Positions 38,579-48,563 of a stretch of DNA of 64,000 nt are shown piece after piece. The stretch spans positions 1 to 64,000 of the forward strand of contig JAYZBQ010000048.1 of assembly GCA_036338695.1 (NCBI GenBank), in the 5' to 3' direction. Made by a program: the position numbers and the translations under genes. Below the pieces are notes generated by a model, which was not told where the DNA came from, did not search any database, and worked only from the letters and a program-made list of their open reading frames with translations. The stretch is from Myxococcota bacterium. Lineage in GTDB: Bacteria > Myxococcota > UBA4151. Numbering within the stretch: position 1 is the stretch's first letter; the number at the start of each line of letters is the position of its first letter.

Positions 38579-38679
38579 GAGAACCTCCTGTACTTCTCTT
38601 GTCCTTGACGACCCACTAATTGGGTCATTCTATTATCAGGAAAGGGTTGTTAGTTAACTTTCTTTTGTGTGGCAAGCCG

Positions 38680-39006
38680 TCAAAGGGGCGGTTTGCGCAT
38701 ACTTTCTAAGAGCTTGGGAATAAGACTTCGCTTCAACTGCAACCCCTTGAGGTTGAGCTTGCTGCGCTGAAGGATATACATCGCCTGCGGTCGCTGGATT
38801 TTACCAGTAATCTCAAACGCTTCTGAGATGACCAACTTTTTAGCAAACGCAACGTTCGAACTGAGCAAGAGGCCGGCCACGATGACTAGGCCAGCCCACC
38901 GTGATCGCCACCAACTCGCTCGTTTCGACTGCACTGAGATCTCCACGCTCGCATGGTACACAGCGCGGGATGCAACGCAAGGGTCGAAACTGGTAAGACG
39001 CTTCAT
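38680..39006 (-). CDS. Small exported protein, GltF/CglF-like (start uncertain)
   Basis: Signal-like segment ending AFA, then EITGKIQRPQAMYILQR; lies between the TPR lipoprotein and the ExbB gene, matching gltD-E-F order. Confidence 0.65.
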   Translation of the reverse strand: MKRLTSFDPCVASRAVYHASVEISVQSKRASWWRSRWAGLVIVAGLLLSSNVAFAKKLVISEAFEITGKIQRPQAMYILQRSKLNLKGLQLKRSLIPKLLESMRKPPL

Positions 39007-39008
39007 GA

Positions 39009-40826
39009 TTACTTTTCTTCCCGCTCTGAGCCATCAGAAGCAGGCGCGTCATCAGCGGAGGACTCGGACTCACCTGCGATCACGCCGGGCTCGGCCTCAG
39101 CCGCCTCTTTACCGGACTTCTCTTCCGACTTCTCTTCCGACTTCTCTTCCGACTTCGTCTCTGGAGCTACTGCTTCAGCCGGAGCGCCTTCAGCCGGAGC
39201 GCCTTCAGCCGGAGCACCTTCAGCCGGAGCACCTTCAGCCGGGGCGCCTTCAGTCGGGGCGCCTTCAGCCGCCGCTGCTTCAGCTGCTGCCTTAGCCTCT
39301 GCCTCCCGCTTCTTGCGCTCGCGCTCCATTCGCTTCTTGCGCCGCTCAGCCTTCTTCTTCTCACGAGCCGCGCGCTTAATGTTCCGCTCGCGCTTCTTGG
39401 TCTCACTGCGGATCGCTTTGTTTGCGGCGCGCACCTGCTTCTCGACCTCAATCTCTCGCTCATTGTCGAGCTCAGCGTTCTTGCGGAAACGCTCGAGGTA
39501 AATCGAAGCCTGGCGCAAGCGCTGGAGCTTATCGATCATCGTCTTATCCACGTGCTTGAGCGCAACGCCATCGAACAGATCCGACCCGACTTCTTGCTTC
39601 ATGTCATCGATGGAGACGTCCGGGCAAAGCTCCTGACCTTCGACCCTTTTAAAGTCGTGATCTAGGTAGAGGATGCCCAAGTTATACAACACGGCGTGAC
39701 GGTCAGGGTAGTCACTCAAGATCTTGAGAAACGTCGTACGGCTCGCCGCATAATCGCCCTTATCACGTTCGGCGACCGCTTTGAGCATCCAACCCTCGAC
39801 CAAGTCAGGTCGAAGCACCGTGGCGCGCCGACTCAGCGTAAACGCCTTTTGAGGGTTGCCGTTCTCAAGCAAGACGCGCGCGTAGTTGATCAACACCTCA
39901 GGCTTGTCCGGCAGACCGGCCGCTGCTTTGGCCAAGTACCCTTGCGCCCGCCGAACGCGCGCCTCGGCGGTGAGTTTTTGAGCGCCTTTTGCGTATTTCA
40001 GATAAGCCAGCGCCGCGAGGTAATTGGTCATGCCGTTGGCTTCTTCACCCGGCACCTTCAAGGCATTACCGAGCACCAACAAACACAGACCCATCTTCTC
40101 GCGCTTACAAAACGACCAGCCCAACACCTGCATCGCAGCGACGTTGACCTCGTCTTTTTTCAGGGTCTTCATCGACAGGGAGGCAGCCTCTTCATAGCGA
40201 CCCAACTCCAGCAACATGCGACCATAAGCATTGCGAAGATCAAGGACGCGGGGGTGCGCATCCATCGCCTGCTTCAAGAGCGACTCTGCGCCCTCTTTGT
40301 CGCCGTCATTGTACTTCGCCCACGCCAGCGCCTCGGTGGCGCCGTGAAACAACATCCCAAAGCGGTCATGCACCTGCTGCAACCGCGCCAATCCGCCCTC
40401 TTTGTCACCGCGCCGCAGACGACACAGCGCAGCATTGTAGGGCGCAAAGTAGAAATCAGGCGCCGCCGCAGCGATCGCATCAAACTCGGTCTCAGCTGCC
40501 TGCGGGTCGTCAAGCGCTTGCTTGAGCGCCGCCTCAAACCGCGCCTTAAGCGCCTCGTCAGCGAGCAACGGTTCGACCAGACGCCCCGCATCCACAGACC
40601 CGGCGTCCGGAGCCACTGCGCCCGCATCAACGGCGGCGTCAACGACCACCACAACGCCCGCATCAGCCGGCGCCGCATCCGCTGAGACCGCGGCATCGAC
40701 CACCGGCGCAGGGCCCGCCTCCGGCTCCATCACCGGCGCATCGTCAAATTGTACAGGCTCTGGCTCGACCGTCTTGGGCGACGCGCAGGAGACACAGAGG
40801 ATCAGGACCCAATAGTTCGATCTCAT
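39009..40826 (-). CDS. TPR lipoprotein, GltE-like
   Basis: Lipobox-like LCVS-C; repeated TPR-like helices (YNAAL, NAYGRM, YNLGILY); repeat-rich C-terminal tail. Confidence 0.75.
   Translation of the reverse strand: MRSNYWVLILCVSCASPKTVEPEPVQFDDAPVMEPEAGPAPVVDAAVSADAAPADAGVVVVVDAAVDAGAVAPDAGSVDAGRLVEPLLADEALKARFEAALKQALDDPQAAETEFDAIAAAAPDFYFAPYNAALCRLRRGDKEGGLARLQQVHDRFGMLFHGATEALAWAKYNDGDKEGAESLLKQAMDAHPRVLDLRNAYGRMLLELGRYEEAASLSMKTLKKDEVNVAAMQVLGWSFCKREKMGLCLLVLGNALKVPGEEANGMTNYLAALAYLKYAKGAQKLTAEARVRRAQGYLAKAAAGLPDKPEVLINYARVLLENGNPQKAFTLSRRATVLRPDLVEGWMLKAVAERDKGDYAASRTTFLKILSDYPDRHAVLYNLGILYLDHDFKRVEGQELCPDVSIDDMKQEVGSDLFDGVALKHVDKTMIDKLQRLRQASIYLERFRKNAELDNEREIEVEKQVRAANKAIRSETKKRERNIKRAAREKKKAERRKKRMERERKKREAEAKAAAEAAAAEGAPTEGAPAEGAPAEGAPAEGAPAEGAPAEAVAPETKSEEKSEEKSEEKSGKEAAEAEPGVIAGESESSADDAPASDGSEREEK
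39116..39156. repeat. 12-bp tandem repeat (GACTTCTCTTCC) x about 3, coding KSEE
   Basis: Read directly in the sequence; protein reads [14 protein letters not shown]. Confidence 0.9.
39173..39270. repeat. 15-bp tandem repeat (CTTCAGCCGGAGCRC) x about 6, coding AEGAP
   Basis: Read directly in the sequence; protein reads AEGAPTEGAPAEGAPAEGAPAEGAPAEGAPAE. Confidence 0.9.
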
Positions 40827-43800
40827 TTGTCGTCCTCATCATCGCCGGCGGGAGCAGGCGCCTCCTCGGAGCGCTCCTCTGCAGCCTTCTGATCCGCAGC
40901 CACCTGATCAGGCGTCGGCACATCAGACGGGGTAACTTCGACCGCTGGCTGCTCTTCAGCGCCACCGGCGGCCGGGCCGGCGGGATCATCCGACTTGTCT
41001 TCGGGCTTGTCTTCCGACTTCTCTTCCGACTTCTCTTCCGACTTCTCTTCCAACTTCTCTTCCGACTTCTCTTCCGACTTCTCTTCCGACTTCTCTTCCG
41101 ACTTCACTTCGGACTTGTCTTCCGACGGCTCGGCTGCTGCCGGCGCAGGTTCTGGCGCAGGCGGCGTGCGATAAGCGACAGGCTGCGCAAACAGCGCACC
41201 CGGAAGCAACGCCTCAAGCCCTGAAGTGATCGCCTCCTTCTCGATCGGCCACTCATCACGGGCGTACCGATTCAGGCTCTGAAGGGCGCGCTTTGTCCAA
41301 TCGTTGCGGAATTTCTTCTTACGCGCCTCGGTGACCAACTGTCCGTACTTCTGCACGGCGCGCTGCTCGAAAGGCTCAGCCTGCTGCTCGAGCAACACCT
41401 TCCACTCGTCCATCATAATGTCGTCGTTTCGAAACTGACGAGGGACCGGCGCGTTGTAGAGTTTCTCAGCGAAGTTCTCCCAAATCGACCCGATGCGATA
41501 CGAAGCCGCTAGCGTCCAATCAAAGTGCTGATACTGGAAGATATCGAGATACTTTTTCTCAAGGTTGTTCGCCCACTCAAACTTCTCTTTGATGCGCTTT
41601 TGCAGCTTCTTGGCGAGCTCAACATCCTTACGAGCCTGCACACCAAAATCGAGCGCAGCGTATTCCTCAAACTCCGCCTCGAGCTGCCTGAAGTGCGCCT
41701 TGGCAGCGTAGGCCGCTTCGACGCTCTGAGGCAGAAAGCCGCGCTTGCGGTATTCTTCGAGCGTCTTGTCGACAAACTTATCGACCTTTTTACGCGCCGA
41801 TTTGACAGACCGCGTCCAGCGGCGGCGCTGCGCACGGGATTTCGGCGGCTTCGACTTGATCGTCACCAGATCATCCCAGAGCTGATCGCTCAACTTGGAG
41901 TAGATCTGAACCACGCGACCGCCCTGCTCTTTGATGCCACCATACTTGCGAATGAACTCATCGAAGGTGCGTTTCATGCGGCGGCTGTCCTTAGCCTGCT
42001 CCCACACGAGCGCCGAGTTGAAGAACACCTCGGGTACATCCGGGCGATCCTTGAAGAGCTTGGTGTATTTCTGAAAGGTCAACGCGGCGCGCTTGAACTG
42101 CTCCGTGCTCTGCAGCGCAACAGCGGCATTATACAGGGCGTCTGCTCGATCCGGGAAGTCTTTGTAGTCCGACACCAGCTTCAAATAGAGCGAGATGGCG
42201 CGATCAAACTCGAACCCTTCATACGCCGTAGATGCCACGTTGAAGAGCGCCTTCGCAGCGAGCTCTTTGTCTTCGGGGTACTCTTTGAAGACCCGCTCGT
42301 AGAGCTGCCCTGCGGATAAGAACCGCTTGAGCTCAGCCATCGACTGAGCAGCCGAGTAGAGCGCTTTGGCGGCGAACTGATTCTTGGGGTCCTCTTTGAC
42401 CAAGCGAAGGAACTCGTCATGTGCGAGCTGGAACTCTTTTTTCCCAAAGGCGGCGACAGCTTGCTTGTACACCGCCCCTGCGGCGCTCTTGCTCATCTGC
42501 TCCTTGAACTCTTCGTTGTCCTTGCCCACCCCAATTTTGAGCATCCGTCGACACCAGGCCTCAACGTTCTTCCAATCCTCTTTGGCAGAGTAGTCGTTGA
42601 GGACCCAGCGTGCGGCGTCCACCGCGCCTTCGGACGAAGGGAAGGTGTCGATCAACTTACGGTACCATTTATCCGCCTTTTCTTGGTGCGAATACTGGGC
42701 GTAGATCGTGGCGGCGTTGAAGTAGAAGCGAGGCGTATCTTCGGTGTTTGGGTTCGACTTGATGTAACGCATCGACGCATCGATCAAACGCACCAGCAAC
42801 CTCGGGATCTCTTGCGGCGTCTCCGCTGGAGGCGGTGGCTCAGGTAAGGTGCCTTTTTGCGTCTGTGAGTCCACCTCGGCTTGGAGGTTCAAGAACGCTC
42901 GATAGGCAGCGTCCTCACGAAACTTGCTGTTCTTTTTGTCGTCACGCACCAACTCGAAGACGTCCGCCGCCTTGAGGAACTGCACGGACATCGTGTACCC
43001 GATCCCGAGGTAGTAATTGTATTCATAGAGGTTGGGGTCATAAGGGAAGCGCTCGATGTAATCTTTAAGCATCTTCGAGGCGACCCGAGCTTCCTCGGAT
43101 GCCAGCGCCACCTTCTCTTCCTGAAAGTACTTCTGCGCCAGCTCAAGGCGAAATAAGGCCGATGAGATCAGCGCATCCTGGGCGAGCTTCATCGCCTTTC
43201 GAATCACCGACGGTCGGTTTTTGTTCGCCTCCTGCCACTCGGTGCCCGGTCCGTATGTGGTGAACAGCGCCTCGCGCGCAGCGGCACCCTCAGCGAGCTT
43301 TTCGCGCCCGAGTTGATCGTAGGCAGCGATGATGTTCATCGCCACGTTCGGATTCTCTGGATGCATCGGGTCAAGCTCGATCACGCGCTTGGCGATCGGC
43401 ACATACTTCTGCCACGCCGCCTGATCGAAGAGAACCTTGGCGACCTCGAGATACACCTCTCGCTGGTAAGGGCGCGCCCCCACCGCAGCGAACATCTGCT
43501 CGAGGCGATCACCTGCGGAGACCTCTGGCGGGGTGATCCCCTTGGCGTCGTACTCATCCATGATCTCAGCTTGACGCTCGTCATACAGCTCATCTTGCGC
43601 CACGACCGCCTTACATTGATCGAGCGTCTCGCCGGTCGCCGGGCGCCCCCAACCTTGCTCAACAGCGGCCACGGCGACGTACTGCAAGGCTTCTGTCCGA
43701 AGGTCTGAGCCGCTCTCGCCCGTCTCTTGAGCCTTTTTATCAGCGTAGTCGATCAGCTCGATGAAGCGCTTGTACGCTGCGTCAAAACGGTCGAGGCGGT

Positions 43801-44746
43801 AGTGCGTCCAGGCGACCTTGTAGAGCGCTTTGTCGTACCAGCTCGAGCTCGGGTCATTGAGGACCCGGCGGTAGGCGTCAAGCGCCTCACAGAGCCGGTC
43901 TTCGGTGAAGTGGTTTTCACCGATTCGCAGCCAGACCTCAGGGACAAACTTGCTCTGCGGGTAGTTCGCTACAAGCTGCTCGTAGTTGCTCAAGCTGCGC
44001 TCAAACTCTCCGGTCTCTTCCAAACAAAACGCCAGCAGGTACTGGACGCCGTCGTTCTGCTCGAACTTGGGAAACCGCTTGAGGATGGTCTCGTAGAGCT
44101 TGATGCTCTTAGCGAGGTCCAGCACCGGCGCCTCAGGCTCTTTGCCGATCTTCTTTTCCTCAAAGAGCTCAAGCTGACGCGCGAATTCTTCGTCGGCGTC
44201 GTTGTAGTCGTACTTAGCTTGTTCAAAATACAACTCAGCGAGGCGGAACATAGCCTGCGGCGAATACTCGGCGTCGTAAGCATACCGACTCACAAAGCGC
44301 TCGAAGGCGGCGATGGCGCTCTTACGGCGCTCAGCCTCACGCCGCTCGAGCTCTCCGATTCGCTGCTCGAAATCGATATCAATTCGGCGCATCCGCGCGT
44401 CGCGCTTGCGCTTGATGGTCGCCATGATCTCGGCGTTAAACTCATCAGAGACCTTCTTGAAACGAGCGACGGTCTCTTCGAACTCTTTCTTCGCCTTCTC
44501 TTTCGCAAGCTCCTCAGGTGACTTCTGCTGAGCGGCAGCAGCAGCAGCGCCAGCTTCCGGCGGGTCGTCACTGCTCTGGGTCGCCTGCTTCGCCGACTCA
44601 CCTTCCGCCTTAGCGGTCTTCGCGCCTGACGGCTCTGAGTCTGCAGCCGCCCGAGCAGCCGGCGCCTCGCTCGGCTGATCTTGACCTTGGGCGACCACCT
44701 GAGCCGCCACGAGACCAACCGTCATCAGCGCGAGCCAGCGGGTCAC
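40823..44746 (-). CDS. Large exported TPR protein, GltD/AgmU-like
   Basis: Signal peptide; [15 protein letters not shown] and ALYKVAW motifs and many ALYNAA-type TPRs; C-terminal NAPVP...W; 1307 aa. Confidence 0.82.
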   Translation of the reverse strand: MTRWLALMTVGLVAAQVVAQGQDQPSEAPAARAAADSEPSGAKTAKAEGESAKQATQSSDDPPEAGAAAAAAQQKSPEELAKEKAKKEFEETVARFKKVSDEFNAEIMATIKRKRDARMRRIDIDFEQRIGELERREAERRKSAIAAFERFVSRYAYDAEYSPQAMFRLAELYFEQAKYDYNDADEEFARQLELFEEKKIGKEPEAPVLDLAKSIKLYETILKRFPKFEQNDGVQYLLAFCLEETGEFERSLSNYEQLVANYPQSKFVPEVWLRIGENHFTEDRLCEALDAYRRVLNDPSSSWYDKALYKVAWTHYRLDRFDAAYKRFIELIDYADKKAQETGESGSDLRTEALQYVAVAAVEQGWGRPATGETLDQCKAVVAQDELYDERQAEIMDEYDAKGITPPEVSAGDRLEQMFAAVGARPYQREVYLEVAKVLFDQAAWQKYVPIAKRVIELDPMHPENPNVAMNIIAAYDQLGREKLAEGAAAREALFTTYGPGTEWQEANKNRPSVIRKAMKLAQDALISSALFRLELAQKYFQEEKVALASEEARVASKMLKDYIERFPYDPNLYEYNYYLGIGYTMSVQFLKAADVFELVRDDKKNSKFREDAAYRAFLNLQAEVDSQTQKGTLPEPPPPAETPQEIPRLLVRLIDASMRYIKSNPNTEDTPRFYFNAATIYAQYSHQEKADKWYRKLIDTFPSSEGAVDAARWVLNDYSAKEDWKNVEAWCRRMLKIGVGKDNEEFKEQMSKSAAGAVYKQAVAAFGKKEFQLAHDEFLRLVKEDPKNQFAAKALYSAAQSMAELKRFLSAGQLYERVFKEYPEDKELAAKALFNVASTAYEGFEFDRAISLYLKLVSDYKDFPDRADALYNAAVALQSTEQFKRAALTFQKYTKLFKDRPDVPEVFFNSALVWEQAKDSRRMKRTFDEFIRKYGGIKEQGGRVVQIYSKLSDQLWDDLVTIKSKPPKSRAQRRRWTRSVKSARKKVDKFVDKTLEEYRKRGFLPQSVEAAYAAKAHFRQLEAEFEEYAALDFGVQARKDVELAKKLQKRIKEKFEWANNLEKKYLDIFQYQHFDWTLAASYRIGSIWENFAEKLYNAPVPRQFRNDDIMMDEWKVLLEQQAEPFEQRAVQKYGQLVTEARKKKFRNDWTKRALQSLNRYARDEWPIEKEAITSGLEALLPGALFAQPVAYRTPPAPEPAPAAAEPSEDKSEVKSEEKSEEKSEEKSEEKLEEKSEEKSEEKSEDKPEDKSDDPAGPAAGGAEEQPAVEVTPSDVPTPDQVAADQKAAEERSEEAPAPAGDDEDDK
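40991..41126. repeat. 12-bp tandem repeat (GACTTCTCTTCC) array coding SEEK units
   Basis: Protein reads SEDKSEVK(SEEK)4-LEEK-(SEEK)2-SEDKPEDKS; same unit as at 39116. Confidence 0.92.
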
Positions 44747-47088
44747 TTATTCGCCCCCTGCTCACCGAGCGCCTCATCAAACTGCTCGCGAATCCGGACC
44801 ATCTCACGCTCTTTGGCGCGGCCGAGCTTGGTGATCCCTTGTGTCTCGGTCTCTTTTTGCTCCCAAGCGACGTCGATCTTTCCGACGTCGGCGTTGCGGA
44901 TGATCGTGTAAAACTTGCGGCTCACGTTCCCTAGCGTTGCGCCCACGGCACCCACCGCGCTGCGCTCAGCCTGTTTGGCGAGTGCTTGCTCTTCGGCGCG
45001 CAACCCCTTCAAGCGGGCTTGCTCGACCATGACACGCCCCCGCAGGTTCCCGGCCTCATTCGACACCACCGTCTCGAGCTCTCGCAAAACCTTGTCGACC
45101 TGCTGTTGCGCGCGCCCAACGCGCTCACGCACCGCATCGAGGTTGCGGATGTCAGCCACGTTCTCACCCGTCAGGCGTGAGCGGAGCTGATTCGCTGCGT
45201 CGCGCTCTTTAGCGAGCGCCTGGCGGAATTCAGCGCGCAACGCAAACTCGTCACTGCCGGCGCCTGCGCCAACACCCGACTCCTCGGCTTCAATCTCCAC
45301 CTTGAGGCGGTCTGCGATGCGCTCCATATCGATGATCATGTCGCGAAGCACCGGAACGTTCACTTGGAAGAACCCGAGCTCTTCTCGGTTTAGGTTCCCC
45401 TTTTGACGACGTCCGGCGACGTATTGATCGACCGCAGCGATCGTCTTCTTGAACCCTTTGAGCTCGAGCCTAAGTCGAAACAACCGCTGCTTGAGCGCGC
45501 CCAGGCGTTGCGACACCGACGCCACCCGCTCGGTCCGAGCCTTGAGTGTCGGCGGCAGCTTGTCGACCTGAGCCTGTAGCCGCAAACGCTCCGCCCGCAG
45601 CGCATCGAGCTCTTGGGTGTTGAGGCCCTCTTTACGTAAGATCAACATCTCGAGATCGAGCAGCCGCCGCTCACAGTCGGCTGCGAGCGCGCCGACCTCG
45701 ACCGCACGACCTTGCTGATCAGCCAGCGTCGGGAACATGTTAATGCGGCGCTCACCCTCGATGCGGCCGAGGATCTTCTCGATCAGCTCGTCCGCCTCCG
45801 CGAGATCTCGCTCGCCACGTTGCAGCTCAGTAAACAAACGAACAGCCCCGTCGAGGTCTCCGTCCTCGCGTGCCCAATCGAGCGCCACCGGCGGCAGCAA
45901 ACTCTCAGCGGAGAGTTTATCTAGACCGGTTGCGATGATCTCCCGAAAGTAACGCATGGGGTCACCGCGCTCACGAATAATGCGGCGAAGCTCGACGTGC
46001 CCAGGCTCGTAGTCCTTGACCACCTGATCAAACGCTTTGACCGCCAGCCCGTACTGCTTGAGACGCAGGTGCAGGTTACCGAGCAACACCTTAGCCTCGG
46101 GCACAACCGGGGAGTGGGGGTTACTCGCCAACAGAATCTCGACCGCTCGGACCGCCTTTTTGTACTGCAGATCTTTCTCTTCGACGTCCTCTTTACCCTC
46201 GGCGCTTTTGACGTACGCCCAGGTAATCTCGAACAACATCTCGTCAAAGTACTTCGAGCGGTGATCGATGCTCTGATACGCATCGATGCTCGACTCGATA
46301 TCGCCCGTCTCGTAATAGACACGCCCTCGCGCCAGGTGCGTTAGCTCTCGGATTTCCTTCTGAGCGTCCGTCGACGGAACAAACTTCAACAGCGAGTCGA
46401 ACACCCGAGCCGCATCGTCGAGCTTACCCAGCGCCGCAAGCGCCACCCCCGTGGCGTAGGTTGCGTGGTGCTGAAATGCACCCTGAGAGACCCTCTTGAG
46501 GCGCTCGATTGCGCCGGCGTAGTCGCCGCCATGAATCAACGATTTTCCATAGAAATAGTCGACTTGCGGTGGGATGCGCCCGCCGCTCGCCTGTTGATAG
46601 GCGGCGAACGCTTTGCCCACCTCATCAAACTCCGCGCGCCCACCAGCGATCTCGATCAACCGCAAAATGGAGGGCGTCAGATGTTTGGAGCGCCCCGCCT
46701 CAACCAGGCGCTTGAAGTAAATACGAGCCGCCGATCCGTTGCCATCTTGAAACAAAGACTCCGCTAAGAAGTAGACCGCATCGGCGTAGCGCGGGTCGCC
46801 CTTGAGCTTGGGGTCTTCAACTAAATCAAAGAGCACAACTGCGGCGTTGCGGTAGTCCTTGAGCAGATAGAGGACCTCGCCGTTCTCGAGCCGAGCCTTG
46901 CGCCCGCGCTCCTCAACACCCATCGACTTCTTGCGAAACTGCTGCTCGATGAACTGGGCGCGTCCAGCGACCTCGTCGGCCATCCCGGACACCTCGCGCA
47001 AGCTTTCCTTGACCGACGGTTCTGCGCCGGCTTCCACACTAACTGCCGTGGTGAGAGTGAGGAGCGCCAGCCCCGAGACACGCAACAT
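44743..47088 (-). CDS. Exported TPR/coiled-coil protein (Glt-associated, possibly GltC-like)
   Basis: Signal peptide; TPR-like N-half (YFLAESL, LARGRVYYE, LFEITWAY); coiled-coil C-half ending ADVGKIDVAW; stop overlaps the start of the GltD-like gene. Confidence 0.75.
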   Translation of the reverse strand: MLRVSGLALLTLTTAVSVEAGAEPSVKESLREVSGMADEVAGRAQFIEQQFRKKSMGVEERGRKARLENGEVLYLLKDYRNAAVVLFDLVEDPKLKGDPRYADAVYFLAESLFQDGNGSAARIYFKRLVEAGRSKHLTPSILRLIEIAGGRAEFDEVGKAFAAYQQASGGRIPPQVDYFYGKSLIHGGDYAGAIERLKRVSQGAFQHHATYATGVALAALGKLDDAARVFDSLLKFVPSTDAQKEIRELTHLARGRVYYETGDIESSIDAYQSIDHRSKYFDEMLFEITWAYVKSAEGKEDVEEKDLQYKKAVRAVEILLASNPHSPVVPEAKVLLGNLHLRLKQYGLAVKAFDQVVKDYEPGHVELRRIIRERGDPMRYFREIIATGLDKLSAESLLPPVALDWAREDGDLDGAVRLFTELQRGERDLAEADELIEKILGRIEGERRINMFPTLADQQGRAVEVGALAADCERRLLDLEMLILRKEGLNTQELDALRAERLRLQAQVDKLPPTLKARTERVASVSQRLGALKQRLFRLRLELKGFKKTIAAVDQYVAGRRQKGNLNREELGFFQVNVPVLRDMIIDMERIADRLKVEIEAEESGVGAGAGSDEFALRAEFRQALAKERDAANQLRSRLTGENVADIRNLDAVRERVGRAQQQVDKVLRELETVVSNEAGNLRGRVMVEQARLKGLRAEEQALAKQAERSAVGAVGATLGNVSRKFYTIIRNADVGKIDVAWEQKETETQGITKLGRAKEREMVRIREQFDEALGEQGANK

Positions 47089-47094
47089 GGTGGG

Positions 47095-47892
47095 TCAATT
47101 CCCCTTGGCGACCGGCTTATCAGCCTGCTCTTTCCTCTGGGAGCGGGCTGTGTCCTTCATCACGTCGACGTCATAGCGGACGGTCGGACGCTCTCGCAGG
47201 TCCGTCGTGATCCCGCCACGCTCATAACCGACCACCTTAATCTCGGTGAACTTTCCCTCCTCCGCTGAGAAGGTGTAGCTCGAGCGGATCTTGAAGCGAT
47301 AGCCCTTGAGATACGAGAAGATCCCGTAGCCATTCCCAGCATAGACCAGGTTAACCGACAGCTGGTGGTTACCCGGCACGATCTGCCCTTGAAACAGCTC
47401 GATCTCTTTCTGATCCGCTAAGCTGCCGTCTAGGTTGGACATCTGCTTCAGCGGCGCGCCGTCTAGAAAGTAATGCGCCTCCTGAAGCTTGAAGGTCGAG
47501 CCCATCTCGTTGCGATGAACGAGTCGAGCACGCGCCCCGCTCACCACGCCATGCATGACCGCTTCTTGCAGCCGGACGAGCCGCGCTTTGCTCTGGTAGA
47601 TGCGCATCTTGAGCTGATTGACTCGCTCCTCAAGGTCACGGACCCGGACGTCGTAGGCGTCTTCGTCTGCCTCATCATCGCCGTCGCTCGGCTCCGCCTC
47701 ATCGGCGGGCTGCTCCTCGACAGCTGGAGGTTGAGCCTCCGCTGGAGCCGGGTCAGCAGCCGCTTCTGCCTCGGCGCTCGCAGCGCCCTCAGCCGCCGGC
47801 TCGCCCGCACCGTCCTCGCCCGCTTGCGCCCACGCGAACGCCGGCGCGAACAACAGCGCCACCACCAGTCCTGCCCGAACCATTCGATTCAT
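47095..47892 (-). CDS. Exported hypothetical protein (acidic linker, coiled coil, beta domain)
   Basis: Start moved to MNRMVRAG (47892); signal peptide ending AFAWA; LEERVNQLK coil; PGNHQLSV and GYGIFSYLKGY beta region. Confidence 0.75.
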   Translation of the reverse strand: MNRMVRAGLVVALLFAPAFAWAQAGEDGAGEPAAEGAASAEAEAAADPAPAEAQPPAVEEQPADEAEPSDGDDEADEDAYDVRVRDLEERVNQLKMRIYQSKARLVRLQEAVMHGVVSGARARLVHRNEMGSTFKLQEAHYFLDGAPLKQMSNLDGSLADQKEIELFQGQIVPGNHQLSVNLVYAGNGYGIFSYLKGYRFKIRSSYTFSAEEGKFTEIKVVGYERGGITTDLRERPTVRYDVDVMKDTARSQRKEQADKPVAKGN

Positions 47893-47976
47893 CGCAATCT
47901 CCCAGCCTCGAGCGGACACTCCGCACGGGTACCAGAGCCTATTATAGGCCCTCGGTCCTGTATAGCGGTGATGCAC

Positions 47977-48417
47977 CTACGAGAAAAGATTCTCAATTTC
48001 CTCATCCGTTATCGGCGAACCCATGCTGCGGTGCTCTTGGGAGCCGAGCAGACCCGACAACCGGTCGACCAGCGTAGCCAGTCGCCAGCGCACGACCCCT
48101 AAGGTCGTCCGATCATCAAATACAACCACCGCCGTGTAGCCGGGTTTCACGCTTGCGGCGAGCAGCTTAACCGCTCCCGCGTCGATGCACAGACTCTCCA
48201 CGCGATCCGGCCCAAGAGGGCGCATTAAGCCCTGCGCGCTGGCGAGCGCACCGGCCAGAGAGGCCGCGAAGCGACCGGGATCAACCCGGAAAAGATCACC
48301 GCTGATCGCCAGCGATGCGCCGGAGCGCTCGCAGAGCTGAACACCTACCGCCAAAGCCTCTCGAACAAAGGCGTCGAGGGCCTCTTGGATCTGCAACTGT
48401 GCGTGCTCAGAACCCAA
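47977..48417 (-). CDS. mglB: Roadblock/LC7 protein, MglB-like
   Basis: VVVFDDRTTLGVVRWR and C-terminal GSPITDEEIENLFS match the Myxococcus MglB motifs as I recall them (VIFDNRTSLGLVRLR; ITDDDIDNLFS); TTG start after GGAG. Confidence 0.8.
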   Translation of the reverse strand: MGSEHAQLQIQEALDAFVREALAVGVQLCERSGASLAISGDLFRVDPGRFAASLAGALASAQGLMRPLGPDRVESLCIDAGAVKLLAASVKPGYTAVVVFDDRTTLGVVRWRLATLVDRLSGLLGSQEHRSMGSPITDEEIENLFS

Positions 48418-48444
48418 TGCTTCTCCGACCTACGAACTGTAAAC

Positions 48445-48531
48445 TGGTACTGGAGGTGGGACTCGAACCCACACGTTGTCACCAACGCCGGATTTTGAAT
48501 CCGGTGCGTCTACCAATTCCGCCACTCCAGC
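48445..48531 (-). tRNA. tRNA-Leu(CAA)
   Basis: Minus strand GCTGGAGTGGCGGAATTGGTAGACGCA-CCGGA-TT-CAA-AA-TCCGG, long variable arm, GTGGGTTCGAGTCCCAC-CTCCAGT-ACCA; encoded CCA; 87 nt. Confidence 0.97.
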
Positions 48532-48563
48532 CTTGTCGCTTGCCGCCTCGCTCTGTGGCTTAT

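Noticed and set aside
39116..41126. Repeat arrays as a CRISPR array
   Set aside because: Units are 12-15 bp, contiguous, spacer-less and in frame within coding tails; no cas genes.
48415..48417. TTG start of mglB next to the TTG-decoding tRNA-Leu(CAA) as a regulatory link
   Set aside because: Start codons are read by initiator tRNA-fMet, so the adjacency implies nothing.
48445..48531. tRNA-Leu as an integration site for an island
   Set aside because: No integrase, no duplicated tRNA 3' end seen, and no obvious composition shift in the flanks.
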